From: a virus
Taxonomy: Duplodnaviria; Heunggongvirae; Uroviricota; Caudoviricetes
Strand: one strand, 5' to 3'
Length of the DNA stretch: 46,352 nucleotides
IMG/VR virus record: IMGVR_UViG_3300035696_002535
The position numbers and the translations under genes are program-made. The notes beneath the pieces are model-generated. The model ran no database searches. It worked only from the letters and a program-made list of their open reading frames with translations, and had not been told where the DNA came from. Below are positions 25,822 through 34,520 of this stretch, piece by piece; position 1 is the first letter of the stretch, and each line of letters opens with the position of its first letter.

Positions 25822-26769
25822 TTAAACTGCGTTAATCTCTGCCGCAATGTCCTCTGCAAGTGATATCCCTTCGAAAGGTGGATAGTTTCCAAGGCCATCC
25901 GTTGCAGTCCCTAACTCTCGACCGACAGTACAAGAGTCTGTAACCCATATCTTACTGAAAGATGCGTTCTGAAATTTCTTCCACGCCTCGCAAGGAAGAA
26001 CCCCGTGAGTAGCGTAAGCACTAACGCTTGAGGCACCAGCATGAAACAAAGTCTCTTTACAGTTTATAAGAGTATCTCCATTTCGAATCATGTCATCAAT
26101 AATAATGATATTTGAACCTGTAACATCACGATGCCCTTCTTTGATCGTTACTACACGGTTCTCATCTTTTGTGCAAATTATGCAAGGATCAGGGAAAAAG
26201 GTATGAAATCTTTTTCTTGCCCCTTCGTCCGGGAAAGCGAAAATGTACTTCTTATGAATGTAGTGGAGTCTTCTAAAAAGTAAAGGTATAGCCGACTTTA
26301 GTTCTATGATAATCCCATCCGAATGAAAATGCTGAACAGCCAAAGAATGAATGTCATATATGATGAGCTTGGCAGGCCCACTTCCATGACAAGAAGGGAT
26401 AGCATTCAGCATGCGCATGAGCGTCTTTGCTGTTGCTATCTGCCCTGGTTCATCTACTCTCTCCATGGTGGCCGTAGGAAAATACGGCAGGAAGATTGTT
26501 AAAGATTTTGCACCATAATGAGGCAGAGCATACAGCACGCTTAACTGGGCAAAGAGGTTTTCGGGTTTCTCTAAACTCGCAAAAAAGAAAACATTAGATC
26601 CTTTAATTGCCGAGGGATCCTCAAACATTGTGTTAGGATAGTCATCTGCAAATTTTTTCCAACAAATTTCAGAGATACAGGTGTCTGGTGTATTTATGGT
26701 GTTTCTGAAAACTTTTACACCAAATTCTTTCAGCTCCGGGCACCACATCAGGGTCTTATTCATGATCAT
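25822..26769 (-). CDS. prs: ribose-phosphate pyrophosphokinase, class II (plant PRS3/4-like)
   Basis: WKKFADDYPN, LPYFPTATMERV, IYDIHSL, AFPDEGARKRF, IIDDMIRNGDTL, AYATHGV. Confidence 0.85.
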   Translation of the reverse strand: MIMNKTLMWCPELKEFGVKVFRNTINTPDTCISEICWKKFADDYPNTMFEDPSAIKGSNVFFFASLEKPENLFAQLSVLYALPHYGAKSLTIFLPYFPTATMERVDEPGQIATAKTLMRMLNAIPSCHGSGPAKLIIYDIHSLAVQHFHSDGIIIELKSAIPLLFRRLHYIHKKYIFAFPDEGARKRFHTFFPDPCIICTKDENRVVTIKEGHRDVTGSNIIIIDDMIRNGDTLINCKETLFHAGASSVSAYATHGVLPCEAWKKFQNASFSKIWVTDSCTVGRELGTATDGLGNYPPFEGISLAEDIAAEINAV

Positions 26770-26777
26770 AACTCCCC

Positions 26778-26912
26778 TTAGTAATCTGAATACCTTTCTG
26801 GACTTATCCCGCTTTCTTTACTCCCATTTTCATGATACTCTATATGGCTTTCAGGATCACCCTCATCATCATTGTTTATTTCCAGATCTCTGTCATCATC
26901 CGTATCAGCCAC
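26778..26912 (-). CDS. small acidic protein (44 aa)
   Basis: Hand translation from GTG; fills the gap. Confidence 0.45.
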   Translation of the reverse strand: MADTDDDRDLEINNDDEGDPESHIEYHENGSKESGISPERYSDY

Positions 26913-26926
26913 AGGATGTACCCCTT

Positions 26927-27904
26927 CTATTTCCTTTCCTTGAGTACTTCCGTGTTCTCGATCCAGGCCGCGAAATAAGGTGGTGAGTCCTCCGTCTGCC
27001 TCAATATGATTAGGAAGGGTTCATCAAAAATGAACTTCCTCGGGGCTTCTCGACTGATCATAGCCGCGTAACGCATTGTCAACATAGCTTCTGACCGTAG
27101 CTTTGCACCGCATTCGTCAAGGTCAAACTTTATGAACTGGACAGCCTCGTCTATGTAATAGCCAGTTTCTTTATTCTTAGGTTTTTTGGATATCAAAACC
27201 TCATTCCCCTTGAGCTCATCAAAATGATGCTCAAGATCAAACGATATTTTTGGTATCTGAAGAGTTTCATTTTTACGTAAATCGGTAGCCTCATCTATCT
27301 CTAGATTAGCCAAAGTACGTTTAAAAGTGTCCCCCGGTTGAAGTCTAGCCAGAGTGATAAACTCTTTCTGCTTGGTTTTAATTGATAGGGTAAATTCTGA
27401 GGGGCTCTCGTAGTGAAGAATTTTTACCTGATGCGTAAGTTTTGTCAGGTGCTCTGACTTCACTTCCTCGATCCCGAAAGCTTCCACCGGTTTACCCATG
27501 AACTCAAAATAATCTATCTTCTCAAACTTTTGTTCGAACTCAAGGATCTTTAGAAGAAAGGCGTAAGCAATTATGTCTGTGGGCTCCAGATTGGAGAAAT
27601 TACATTTGGACATCTCATTGAAATTTTGCTTAAGGGTGCCCTTAATCTTATCCACGATCCCATTTTTACAGAGCCCCGCCAGAGCTATATAACATTTAGG
27701 GTCAAGGTCTGTTTTCTTGAATGACCGTTTGTTTAGCTCCTTCACTGCTGTCTCTGTAACTGTCTCTCCGTTAGGCAACACTATGTCCCCGCCAACGAAA
27801 TCACAAAGCTCATTCCAGGCAAGCTGCATGGTTGAGCAGTATATCAGGTTTTCACCTTTGGTGATCTTTTCATTAAGATGACAAGTTATTTTTGTGTTTT
27901 CCAT
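26927..27904 (-). CDS. serpin-fold protein
   Basis: LQIPKISF...QFIKFDLDECG...FIFDEPFLIILR. Confidence 0.6.
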   Translation of the reverse strand: MENTKITCHLNEKITKGENLIYCSTMQLAWNELCDFVGGDIVLPNGETVTETAVKELNKRSFKKTDLDPKCYIALAGLCKNGIVDKIKGTLKQNFNEMSKCNFSNLEPTDIIAYAFLLKILEFEQKFEKIDYFEFMGKPVEAFGIEEVKSEHLTKLTHQVKILHYESPSEFTLSIKTKQKEFITLARLQPGDTFKRTLANLEIDEATDLRKNETLQIPKISFDLEHHFDELKGNEVLISKKPKNKETGYYIDEAVQFIKFDLDECGAKLRSEAMLTMRYAAMISREAPRKFIFDEPFLIILRQTEDSPPYFAAWIENTEVLKERK

Positions 27905-28090
27905 TTTTCTCCTCCTTAAGTTTTTTAAATTTTTCCATTCCTTTTTTGCATTCTTTACGGTGATATCTACAACGCCAATGTTTTAACATAAATCCAGATT
28001 CTAAAGCACAGCACCGTATAGCCCTTTTAGATCGAGTATTGTCTCTGACAGCCCTAGTATAAAAACGGCATTGATAAATGCAATCAAGAT

Positions 28091-28441
28091 TTATTTATCT
28101 CCCCTTTTAAAACCATCCTTTTCTGCCGCTCTAACGAATTCTTCTGCGACTATCGATGCAGTATCCCTATCCTTTTTGGCTACTGCTATACCGGCAAGTG
28201 CAGCCTTAAGAACAGTAGCTGAAGATTGTTGCGCTTGCTTAAACTGCCTGTCTATATCTTTGCCTACTTCCTGTTGGATGGTTTTCTGACAGGCATTTAA
28301 TTCGTATACTATCGTCCAGAGTTCTTGGCTGAGTTTATCGTTGCCAATAGCCTGAAAGGATTTTGCATAATTACCAATACGACTGGCAATCCCTGCTAAG
28401 CAATCACACTGCTTGTTGATGACCTTCAAAAAATCTTCCAT
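28091..28441 (-). CDS. hypothetical protein (start moved to MEDFLK)
   Basis: ORF track. Confidence 0.7.
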   Translation of the reverse strand: MEDFLKVINKQCDCLAGIASRIGNYAKSFQAIGNDKLSQELWTIVYELNACQKTIQQEVGKDIDRQFKQAQQSSATVLKAALAGIAVAKKDRDTASIVAEEFVRAAEKDGFKRGDK

Positions 28442-28452
28442 AGTACATCCCC

Positions 28453-28656
28453 TTATCTGAAAAACTTTCTGGCATGCCATACTATGTATACTATAGCCAC
28501 CATCAGTATGGGCATAAGCATCATCCTTGCCCCAAAGAGAAGGATGCGCAGTCCAGACATGAACAGACTGGCTGCTAGCCAGGAGCCTAGAAAAATGATA
28601 GCTACGGCACAAACGATGAAAATTAATCTGTGTCCGAGGGTTGCAGAACTACTCAT
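28453..28656 (-). CDS. small membrane protein (2 TM)
   Basis: ORF track. Confidence 0.7.
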   Translation of the reverse strand: MSSSATLGHRLIFIVCAVAIIFLGSWLAASLFMSGLRILLFGARMMLMPILMVAIVYIVWHARKFFR

Positions 28657-28975
28657 ACTTTTCTCCTTCTGGTGATATACCTTCTTGCCTTATTGCCTCT
28701 GCTAAAAGGAGCAGGGCGTTTCTGATCTTCGGAAATGCTCCTCCACCCAAAATAGGCATCCTGAATCTAAGACTATGCTGACCGTATGTTTCTATCCAAG
28801 CATCCCCATCGCAGCTAAACATTACGGTCAGATATCCTGACTTTATATCCCCATCGTTATCATCGTGCGTACTGGTATATGCCACATCAGTCTTTAAATT
28901 GGGAGGCCAAAATGGTTCTGAAAGTATGGCATCTATTCTCTTCTGTAAAGATTCCCTATACTTTTTCGGGTCCAC
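28649..28975 (-). CDS. hypothetical protein
   Basis: ORF track. Confidence 0.75.
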   Translation of the reverse strand: MDPKKYRESLQKRIDAILSEPFWPPNLKTDVAYTSTHDDNDGDIKSGYLTVMFSCDGDAWIETYGQHSLRFRMPILGGGAFPKIRNALLLLAEAIRQEGISPEGEKYE

Positions 28976-29254
28976 TCAATCTCCTTTGCGGCCAGATTCT
29001 TTTTTCCAACTACGGGGTTTGCTTCTTTTTCCATCAAGGATCTCATAAAGCTCCTTCCAAACTGATGGGCTACTCCAGTCATCAAAAGAGTATGAAATCT
29101 GATATCCGTTCAATCTTGCATCGAAATTCCATCCGTACTGCTGAGCCCAAAATTCTCCAGTATACCAACGCCCGTCTATTTTAGCCAGGTAGGTAGAACT
29201 GGTAGGCTTAAATTCTTTTTGGTGTATAGGAAGCTTAATCTTCTTCAGCCTCAT
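28976..29254 (-). CDS. hypothetical protein
   Basis: ORF track. Confidence 0.7.
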   Translation of the reverse strand: MRLKKIKLPIHQKEFKPTSSTYLAKIDGRWYTGEFWAQQYGWNFDARLNGYQISYSFDDWSSPSVWKELYEILDGKRSKPRSWKKESGRKGD

Positions 29255-29474
29255 TCATATCTCCTAGCCAAGTGATTCCGTCTCCGCTATATCCCTCAGG
29301 AAGATCCTGGGACACTTTTAAATTAATATCCGACAGGGTCAATTTGAACCAAAATCTGTTTCTACAGTGGTCACAGGTTACCCTTATGAACCCAGCATTA
29401 ATCTGGGCATCTTTGACAGCATATCCCCACCCGCATTTAGGGCATTCAACTCGGAAATGCATGCTTCTCGGCAT
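29235..29474 (-). CDS. zinc-ribbon protein
   Basis: CPKC...CDHC. Confidence 0.7.
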   Translation of the reverse strand: MPRSMHFRVECPKCGWGYAVKDAQINAGFIRVTCDHCRNRFWFKLTLSDINLKVSQDLPEGYSGDGITWLGDMNEAEED

Positions 29475-29898
29475 CCTTTCTTATTTTCTCAAACTCTTCT
29501 GTAAGCCAATTAACTGTGTTGCCCTGTAAGACTTGCAGTAACCACATAAGTTTGCTTCTGAGTTCTGATTCATATTTCTCCGCTTTCTCTGCTCTTTTCT
29601 TGTACTCTTCAATGACGGATGTTGCCCCCTCGTATTCAACTGCAAAAGCGGCTCCTTTATTTACAAAATCAACATCGTTCCTTAGCAATAAGTTGTTTTG
29701 ACCACATTTCTGGCAAGTTAAAACTTGTCCAGCAATTGGCCAGCCACAAGATCGAGTGTTATATACTTCGTGGCAGTGCCCACAATACCATTCGTAAAAT
29801 CCATCAACTATGTAATAATATGTAGTGATATTCTGAATAACATCAGCTTTGACTTTTTGTCCGTTATCATCAACATACTCATCCTGCATAAATCTCAT
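29446..29898 (-). CDS. zinc-ribbon + coiled-coil protein
   Basis: CGHC...CQKC. Confidence 0.7.
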   Translation of the reverse strand: MRFMQDEYVDDNGQKVKADVIQNITTYYYIVDGFYEWYCGHCHEVYNTRSCGWPIAGQVLTCQKCGQNNLLLRNDVDFVNKGAAFAVEYEGATSVIEEYKKRAEKAEKYESELRSKLMWLLQVLQGNTVNWLTEEFEKIRKDAEKHAFPS

Positions 29899-29914
29899 AT
29901 CTGTTTCCAGTCTA

Positions 29915-30325
29915 TCAGTCTATCTTATCCCAGACTTCTTGGGTAATTTCGTAAGACATCACTGCTACATCGTCCTGGATCCCAAAAGCCACTATATCCT
30001 CTTTTTTGACGAGGATCGGAAGACACACTGGTACTAAATGAGGAAGAAAACAATCTACCCAACCCATATCCTGCTTTATGCTTTTCTCATCAACTCTCGC
30101 GTGAAAAACTCCTCCCCAAATAGATATGTTTCCACACTGATCGATAATCTCGTTATTTGGGATGGATTTTATTCCAGATGATCTCACCTCAAAATCTCTG
30201 TAGGGTGTCCTTAAAATCTTAATCTCTGGATTATCTCGTTTAAGAAACAGCTTATAAAATGTCCACACTGGAACATCCTTAGCCAGCTCCTGCTCGGTTT
30301 TAATATTATCGATATATAAGCACAT
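29915..30325 (-). CDS. hypothetical protein, paralog of 14522-15142; likely leaderless (start MCLYID)
   Basis: Paralog N-terminus MCL; promoter -10 ends 5 nt before the ATG. Confidence 0.75.
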   Translation of the reverse strand: MCLYIDNIKTEQELAKDVPVWTFYKLFLKRDNPEIKILRTPYRDFEVRSSGIKSIPNNEIIDQCGNISIWGGVFHARVDEKSIKQDMGWVDCFLPHLVPVCLPILVKKEDIVAFGIQDDVAVMSYEITQEVWDKID

Positions 30326-30330
30326 ACTAC

Positions 30331-30359
30331 AATATACTTTTTTGACGAACCCGATTAAA
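30331..30359 (-). promoter_or_regulatory. recurrent promoter TTTAAT-17-TATATT
   Basis: Read directly. Confidence 0.7.
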
Positions 30360-30408
30360 CATAATAATTCATTAATCGGCTTTTTCTTAGTAGGAGGGAG
30401 ACAACCCC

Positions 30409-30972
30409 ATGGTAACCGCAAGGGACATCTATTTCAAACAAGCTAAAATTCAAGATCTTACAGACTTAACAATATTGAAAAGATTGGGGTTTAAGCCAGG
30501 GATAAGGGATGAGAATATAAACAACTTTGTCCATACCATGAGAGCTTTTCCGGGCGGATTTCTCATGATGAAACTAAAACCTCACTGGGATAACATCGGA
30601 TATGTATGCAACGAAATATGGAGAGAGTACCCTCAATCTCCAGAAGAAATGCAGAAACATTTTGATTTAAATCACGACATAGATCACACTCACTATCCTT
30701 ACGGCGAACTTCTATACATTTGTTCCATGGTAGTACACCCAATGTATCAAGGGATGCATTTAGGGCACTTACTACTAGAGGAGTGTTTAACAAAACTGCC
30801 CAGGAGCCATCCTAAACTCAAAGGCGCTGTCCTTATTGTTAATGAGGAATGGCTCCCGGCAGTTTCTATATGTAAATATTTCGGTTTCAAGGAAAAGGAT
30901 CGTATCAATGGCTTCTTTAAAGCTTTCGGATGTGATGCTAAAGACGGGATCATAATGGAGAAAAACCTATGA
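30409..30972 (+). CDS. GNAT-family acetyltransferase
   Basis: YICSMVVHPMYQGMHLGHLLL; YFGF. Confidence 0.8.
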   Translation: MVTARDIYFKQAKIQDLTDLTILKRLGFKPGIRDENINNFVHTMRAFPGGFLMMKLKPHWDNIGYVCNEIWREYPQSPEEMQKHFDLNHDIDHTHYPYGELLYICSMVVHPMYQGMHLGHLLLEECLTKLPRSHPKLKGAVLIVNEEWLPAVSICKYFGFKEKDRINGFFKAFGCDAKDGIIMEKNL

Positions 30973-31232
30973 AACATCAAACAAAAGGAGTTTTTATCAT
31001 GAACAAGATCATTTTTGGTTTGCTTCTAATTCTTGTGGTTGGGGCTTTCGGAGCCAATAGAACTGTAACTACCAAGGTGATAAAAGCAGACACTACAGTT
31101 AAAATTGATACCCTAAAAAAGATCACTTATGATACTTTTTTAGTTACAAAGACGTACAAAGACACCATTATTTCCAGTCTCTTGAAGGTTGATACTACCA
31201 AAGCTGAACCTGCACACAAGGCAAAAAAGTAA
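30969..31232 (+). CDS. small exported protein (likely start MNKIIFG)
   Basis: Signal peptide; Thr/Lys/Asp-rich repeats. Confidence 0.65.
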   Translation: MKHQTKGVFIMNKIIFGLLLILVVGAFGANRTVTTKVIKADTTVKIDTLKKITYDTFLVTKTYKDTIISSLLKVDTTKAEPAHKAKK

Positions 31233-31235
31233 AAG

Positions 31236-31265
31236 AAAGCCCCCGAATAAACTCGGGGGCTTTTT
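31236..31265. terminator. bidirectional rho-independent terminator
   Basis: aaagcccccga/tcgggggcttt stem between convergent genes. Confidence 0.8.
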
Positions 31266-31275
31266 AAACTAACAC

Positions 31276-31938
31276 CTAAGACTTTTTGTACAGATTATGG
31301 TTTTTGATATATTCCAAGATGTCTGGATTCAGATATCGTTTAACATACCCACTAGCCAATGTTAAACAAAGATCTGTCGAGACATTAACAGATCTATAGT
31401 GATAATTAGAAAGCAGATTTAAAGCATTTCTAAGGCTTGTAGAAGAGACGTTTGGAGTTGGTTCTTCCGGTATGAGCAACATATGTGGATGTTTGCAATA
31501 CCAGGCTCCTTTAGATTTTAATTCTATCCCAGCCCTCGGGATTACAACAAATCTAGCGATCTTTTTCAGTTTCTTGTACTCAAACCATTTGTCAAAACTG
31601 ACCGCGTTGTCCCCTCCAATAGCGAAATAATAGTCGTATTTTTCTTTCGCACCGCTCTCCGATAGGAGTTGTTTAGCAAGATAGTAGGTTTCACCACCAA
31701 GTTTATTTTTAATTTCATAGTTGGAGACTTTTATTCTGTTGTCACATTCAGCAACAATCCTGCACATCTCTAGGCGATTTTTTGCTGGAGCCATCTGTTT
31801 CCCGTACATGTGCTCGTAACAAGGCATTAAAAGTACTTTATCGAAGTGTTTCAAAAGAAGGCTCATTATGGCCACATGCCCGGCGTGAGGCGGATCACAA
31901 GAAGAACCTAGAATAGCCACTGATATTTTCTTTTTCAT
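31276..31938 (-). CDS. nadD: nicotinate/nicotinamide nucleotide adenylyltransferase
   Basis: GSSCDPPHAGH, IGGDNAVSFDKW, VSSTSLR. Confidence 0.88.
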   Translation of the reverse strand: MKKKISVAILGSSCDPPHAGHVAIMSLLLKHFDKVLLMPCYEHMYGKQMAPAKNRLEMCRIVAECDNRIKVSNYEIKNKLGGETYYLAKQLLSESGAKEKYDYYFAIGGDNAVSFDKWFEYKKLKKIARFVVIPRAGIELKSKGAWYCKHPHMLLIPEEPTPNVSSTSLRNALNLLSNYHYRSVNVSTDLCLTLASGYVKRYLNPDILEYIKNHNLYKKS

Positions 31939-32459
31939 AAATGCTTATATCCCCTGTTATATTGATCTGCTACCAATTTCCAGCCCTTTCCAAATATCCT
32001 TCGAAACTCACTTCGAGCCCTAGCCTGAGCTTCTTCGTACGAGTTGAACCCCTCTGTATAGTCCCCCTCTTCATAAAAGAAATCCTTCCATCGGGGATTT
32101 CCGATCTCTTCGGAAGTAACAGGTCGGGTGACGTTGATTCGGATATCTTGGGCTCCTTCTGGGATTTCAGGAGCTCCTGAACTCCAGAGGATTTCTCCTA
32201 CTTTATACCTAAAATATTTAAGTCCCTTTTTTACTTTTACGACCTTGGATCTGCAGCCGTCAACATGAAAAGTCAGGTACCAGTGGATAGCGCCTACACT
32301 CATAACTCTGTAAGACCAGATTTGGTAACGGACTTCACGAGGACCTTCAGGATAAACTATTTCATACTCAACCCCGTCGCGGTCTGTGTAATGTTCTCCA
32401 GCGCAGGCAGTAGGGCACAATTTTTCTTTTATTTTGTCAGATCGATTTTCCATGTACAC
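31935..32459 (-). CDS. hypothetical protein
   Basis: ORF track. Confidence 0.7.
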   Translation of the reverse strand: MYMENRSDKIKEKLCPTACAGEHYTDRDGVEYEIVYPEGPREVRYQIWSYRVMSVGAIHWYLTFHVDGCRSKVVKVKKGLKYFRYKVGEILWSSGAPEIPEGAQDIRINVTRPVTSEEIGNPRWKDFFYEEGDYTEGFNSYEEAQARARSEFRRIFGKGWKLVADQYNRGYKHL

Positions 32460-32643
32460 TTACCATTGCCCTTGGCCCGGGATCACGGTGACCATTTATC
32501 TTGTGCCTCAACTTTGACTTTTTGCTTATGTCCACGTCAGACTCCCCGTGGCGTCTGTAAAAGTCATCAAGGGCATTAGTCCCCTTGGCAAGAATCTCGT
32601 CGAGCCTCTGTTGGGAACTGATACTAAGCTTTAGTTTCCTCAT
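32437..32643 (-). CDS. hypothetical basic protein
   Basis: ORF track. Confidence 0.6.
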   Translation of the reverse strand: MRKLKLSISSQQRLDEILAKGTNALDDFYRRHGESDVDISKKSKLRHKINGHRDPGPRAMVSVHGKSI

Positions 32644-32684
32644 AGTGAATTACTTTCCGGCTAGGTGCTCAACAGCAGCATTAC

Positions 32685-32985
32685 GATCTGTGAGCGGGAA
32701 AGCCCACGGCTTTAGCCGTGGGATGAAAGCGAACAACAAAAACAAACCTTGACATTTTCTTAAAATCAGCGTATATTATAATATTAAGTCTATCAAGTGA
32801 GTGAAGCGGAAGAAGCTGACTCTTAAATCCTTGATGTAGGATCTCTGATAGAAGCATAAAATTTTGTCTCTTTTCTATACTCAGACTCGGATTGGAGTCT
32901 GTTGAGAGGTCCAGGCCAAGGCCTTATGGCGTTGGCAGGGACAAGACTCATAGAAGCCCCCGACTTTAGTCGGGGGAGCAGTCAC
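32685..32985 (+). mobile_element. 301-bp non-autonomous IS200/IS605 mini-element inserted after TTAC
   Basis: LE identical to element 16179-17531; RE hairpin ending TCAC; relic tnpB tail ILRLGLESV...RSPRL*. Confidence 0.85.
32749..32777 (+). promoter_or_regulatory. near-consensus sigma70 promoter TTGACA-17-TATATT inside the mini-element
   Basis: Read directly. Confidence 0.8.
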
Positions 32986-33005
32986 ATGGGACACAAGTTA
33001 TCGTA
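32784..33005 (+). ncRNA. putative omegaRNA-like transcript (scaffold + flank-derived guide ATGGGACACAAGTTATCGTA)
   Basis: Promoter, hairpin cagactc/gagtctg, RE hairpin; TnpB omegaRNA logic; ends inferred. Confidence 0.45.
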
Positions 33006-33181
33006 ATACCAGTATTCCCAGCGTACATTTCATAGCCGGTGTAGGCATAGCATATGCCTGTCCTGGGATCTTTTGTATACTGTATCTCAGAAACATCTAG
33101 CTTGCTAGATGGGGCTGGAACCTGGCAAGAACCGCACCCTAAGAACAGCACAACCAACAGCAAAGACAATACCTTTTTCAT
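32966..33181 (-). CDS. small lipoprotein-like protein; C-terminus replaced by the mini-element
   Basis: LFLGC leader; excision restores ...TCVPCNAAVEHLAGK*. Confidence 0.75.
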   Translation of the reverse strand: MKKVLSLLLVVLFLGCGSCQVPAPSSKLDVSEIQYTKDPRTGICYAYTGYEMYAGNTGITITCVPCDCSPD

Positions 33182-33205
33182 TTTAGGCTCCTTTTCTATA
33201 CCTGT

Positions 33206-33234
33206 AATATACTTTTTAGAACCGGGAGATCCAA
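33206..33234 (-). promoter_or_regulatory. recurrent promoter TTGGAT-17-TATATT
   Basis: Read directly. Confidence 0.75.
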
Positions 33235-33258
33235 AAGATTTCGGCAGAGAAATGAAGA

Positions 33259-34347
33259 TTAATCGATCTCAGCTTTAGCCTTGAGCTCTTGCAGAATGAT
33301 TTTTTCAATTTTATTGTGGAGATTCCTGGACATCTTAAACGGGAAGCCGTAATGACTTAGAATCACCAACTGGGTCTTATCAAAATGGTGGATATAGCTC
33401 TTTACATTTTGGATGAAAGAAGTGTAGTCGTTGGTCTTGCTGCAGTTTTGGAACTCCGTAACAAAATGGTCGTGGATACCTTCTAGCAACTCCTTAATTT
33501 CTTCTCTTTGATCTAAAGACTTCTGGGCATGTTCTTTTCCATATACCCAGCTGGATATGAGAGGGGTAGACATAATGTGCACCCAAAGGTTCTCGCAGAA
33601 ATCGAAAAACAAATTATTGAAGGATCTGTTTTTTTGAAGCTTTCCCAAAAAGTCTGAGGTTTCTCCGAACCTTACGGCAAAAAGTGACGTTAACAAATCT
33701 ATAAGAGAATCCTTGGCTTTTAATTCAAAAGTTTCAAGAACATCTTCTCCAATTTCTGTATCTTCCAGGATGTCGCCGGTAGGGGTGTGCTTAGCCCATC
33801 CAAAAAAAGTTTTATAGGAATGAAGCATTTCCCCCAGTAGGCATCCCATGCAGACGCTCTCGCTTTTCATGATAAAATTCAGGGGCTCTTTTTCAAAGAC
33901 TGAATATTTTTCTCCTTCAAGTATCCAATGAGGAAACAACGATAAAATTAAGGTTACCGTTTTGTCTATGTCTTCTATTTTTATGCTCTGGGTATATTTT
34001 TCAAACTTCTTAAGAGCTGAGAGGATCTTCTCATTCTTCTCTATCGATATAGGCTTCACATCAGCCAAAAACTCCTCTATGAGCTCCTTTTCTTGTTGTT
34101 CTACGTGATTGAGATGCTTCAGGTTGGCAAAGGCATTGAAGATGGATTCATTGGAGCTGTTCTCCATAATGATATGGCGCTCTTGTTCCTTGGAGTAGAA
34201 ATCTAGGCCTGTCTCTGGATTCTTACGACCGGCTTCCATCAGGTCGTCATCGGAGATAGTCTCGAGGATCTCCTGGGGGATTACACCCTTCAACTGATTT
34301 TTAACATATTGTGCAAACGAGTTGAGTTTATCCTCATAGGACATCAT
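33259..34347 (-). CDS. hypothetical helical protein
   Basis: ORF track; SD GAGGAGG. Confidence 0.8.
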   Translation of the reverse strand: MMSYEDKLNSFAQYVKNQLKGVIPQEILETISDDDLMEAGRKNPETGLDFYSKEQERHIIMENSSNESIFNAFANLKHLNHVEQQEKELIEEFLADVKPISIEKNEKILSALKKFEKYTQSIKIEDIDKTVTLILSLFPHWILEGEKYSVFEKEPLNFIMKSESVCMGCLLGEMLHSYKTFFGWAKHTPTGDILEDTEIGEDVLETFELKAKDSLIDLLTSLFAVRFGETSDFLGKLQKNRSFNNLFFDFCENLWVHIMSTPLISSWVYGKEHAQKSLDQREEIKELLEGIHDHFVTEFQNCSKTNDYTSFIQNVKSYIHHFDKTQLVILSHYGFPFKMSRNLHNKIEKIILQELKAKAEID

Positions 34348-34520
34348 GGCAAGCCTCCTCGTATTTCTATGAGTGATATACCTATCATTTATACAATTAG
34401 TATTTAAAGATTATGCCCCCAATATAGAAAAATCTTTAGATCCTGCTTTAATAACAACGTGTCGCTCTTTTATAATTATAACAAAGGCCATAGCACCATA
34501 TCCAAAAAGGAGCATTACTT

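Noticed and set aside
25822-26769. Firm assignment as NARP1 Adps
   Set aside because: Looks like class II Prs, and no Namat/Nampt partner is in the window
30326-30421. Longer start for 29915-30421
   Set aside because: Overlaps a promoter and the divergent GNAT start; the paralog begins at MCL
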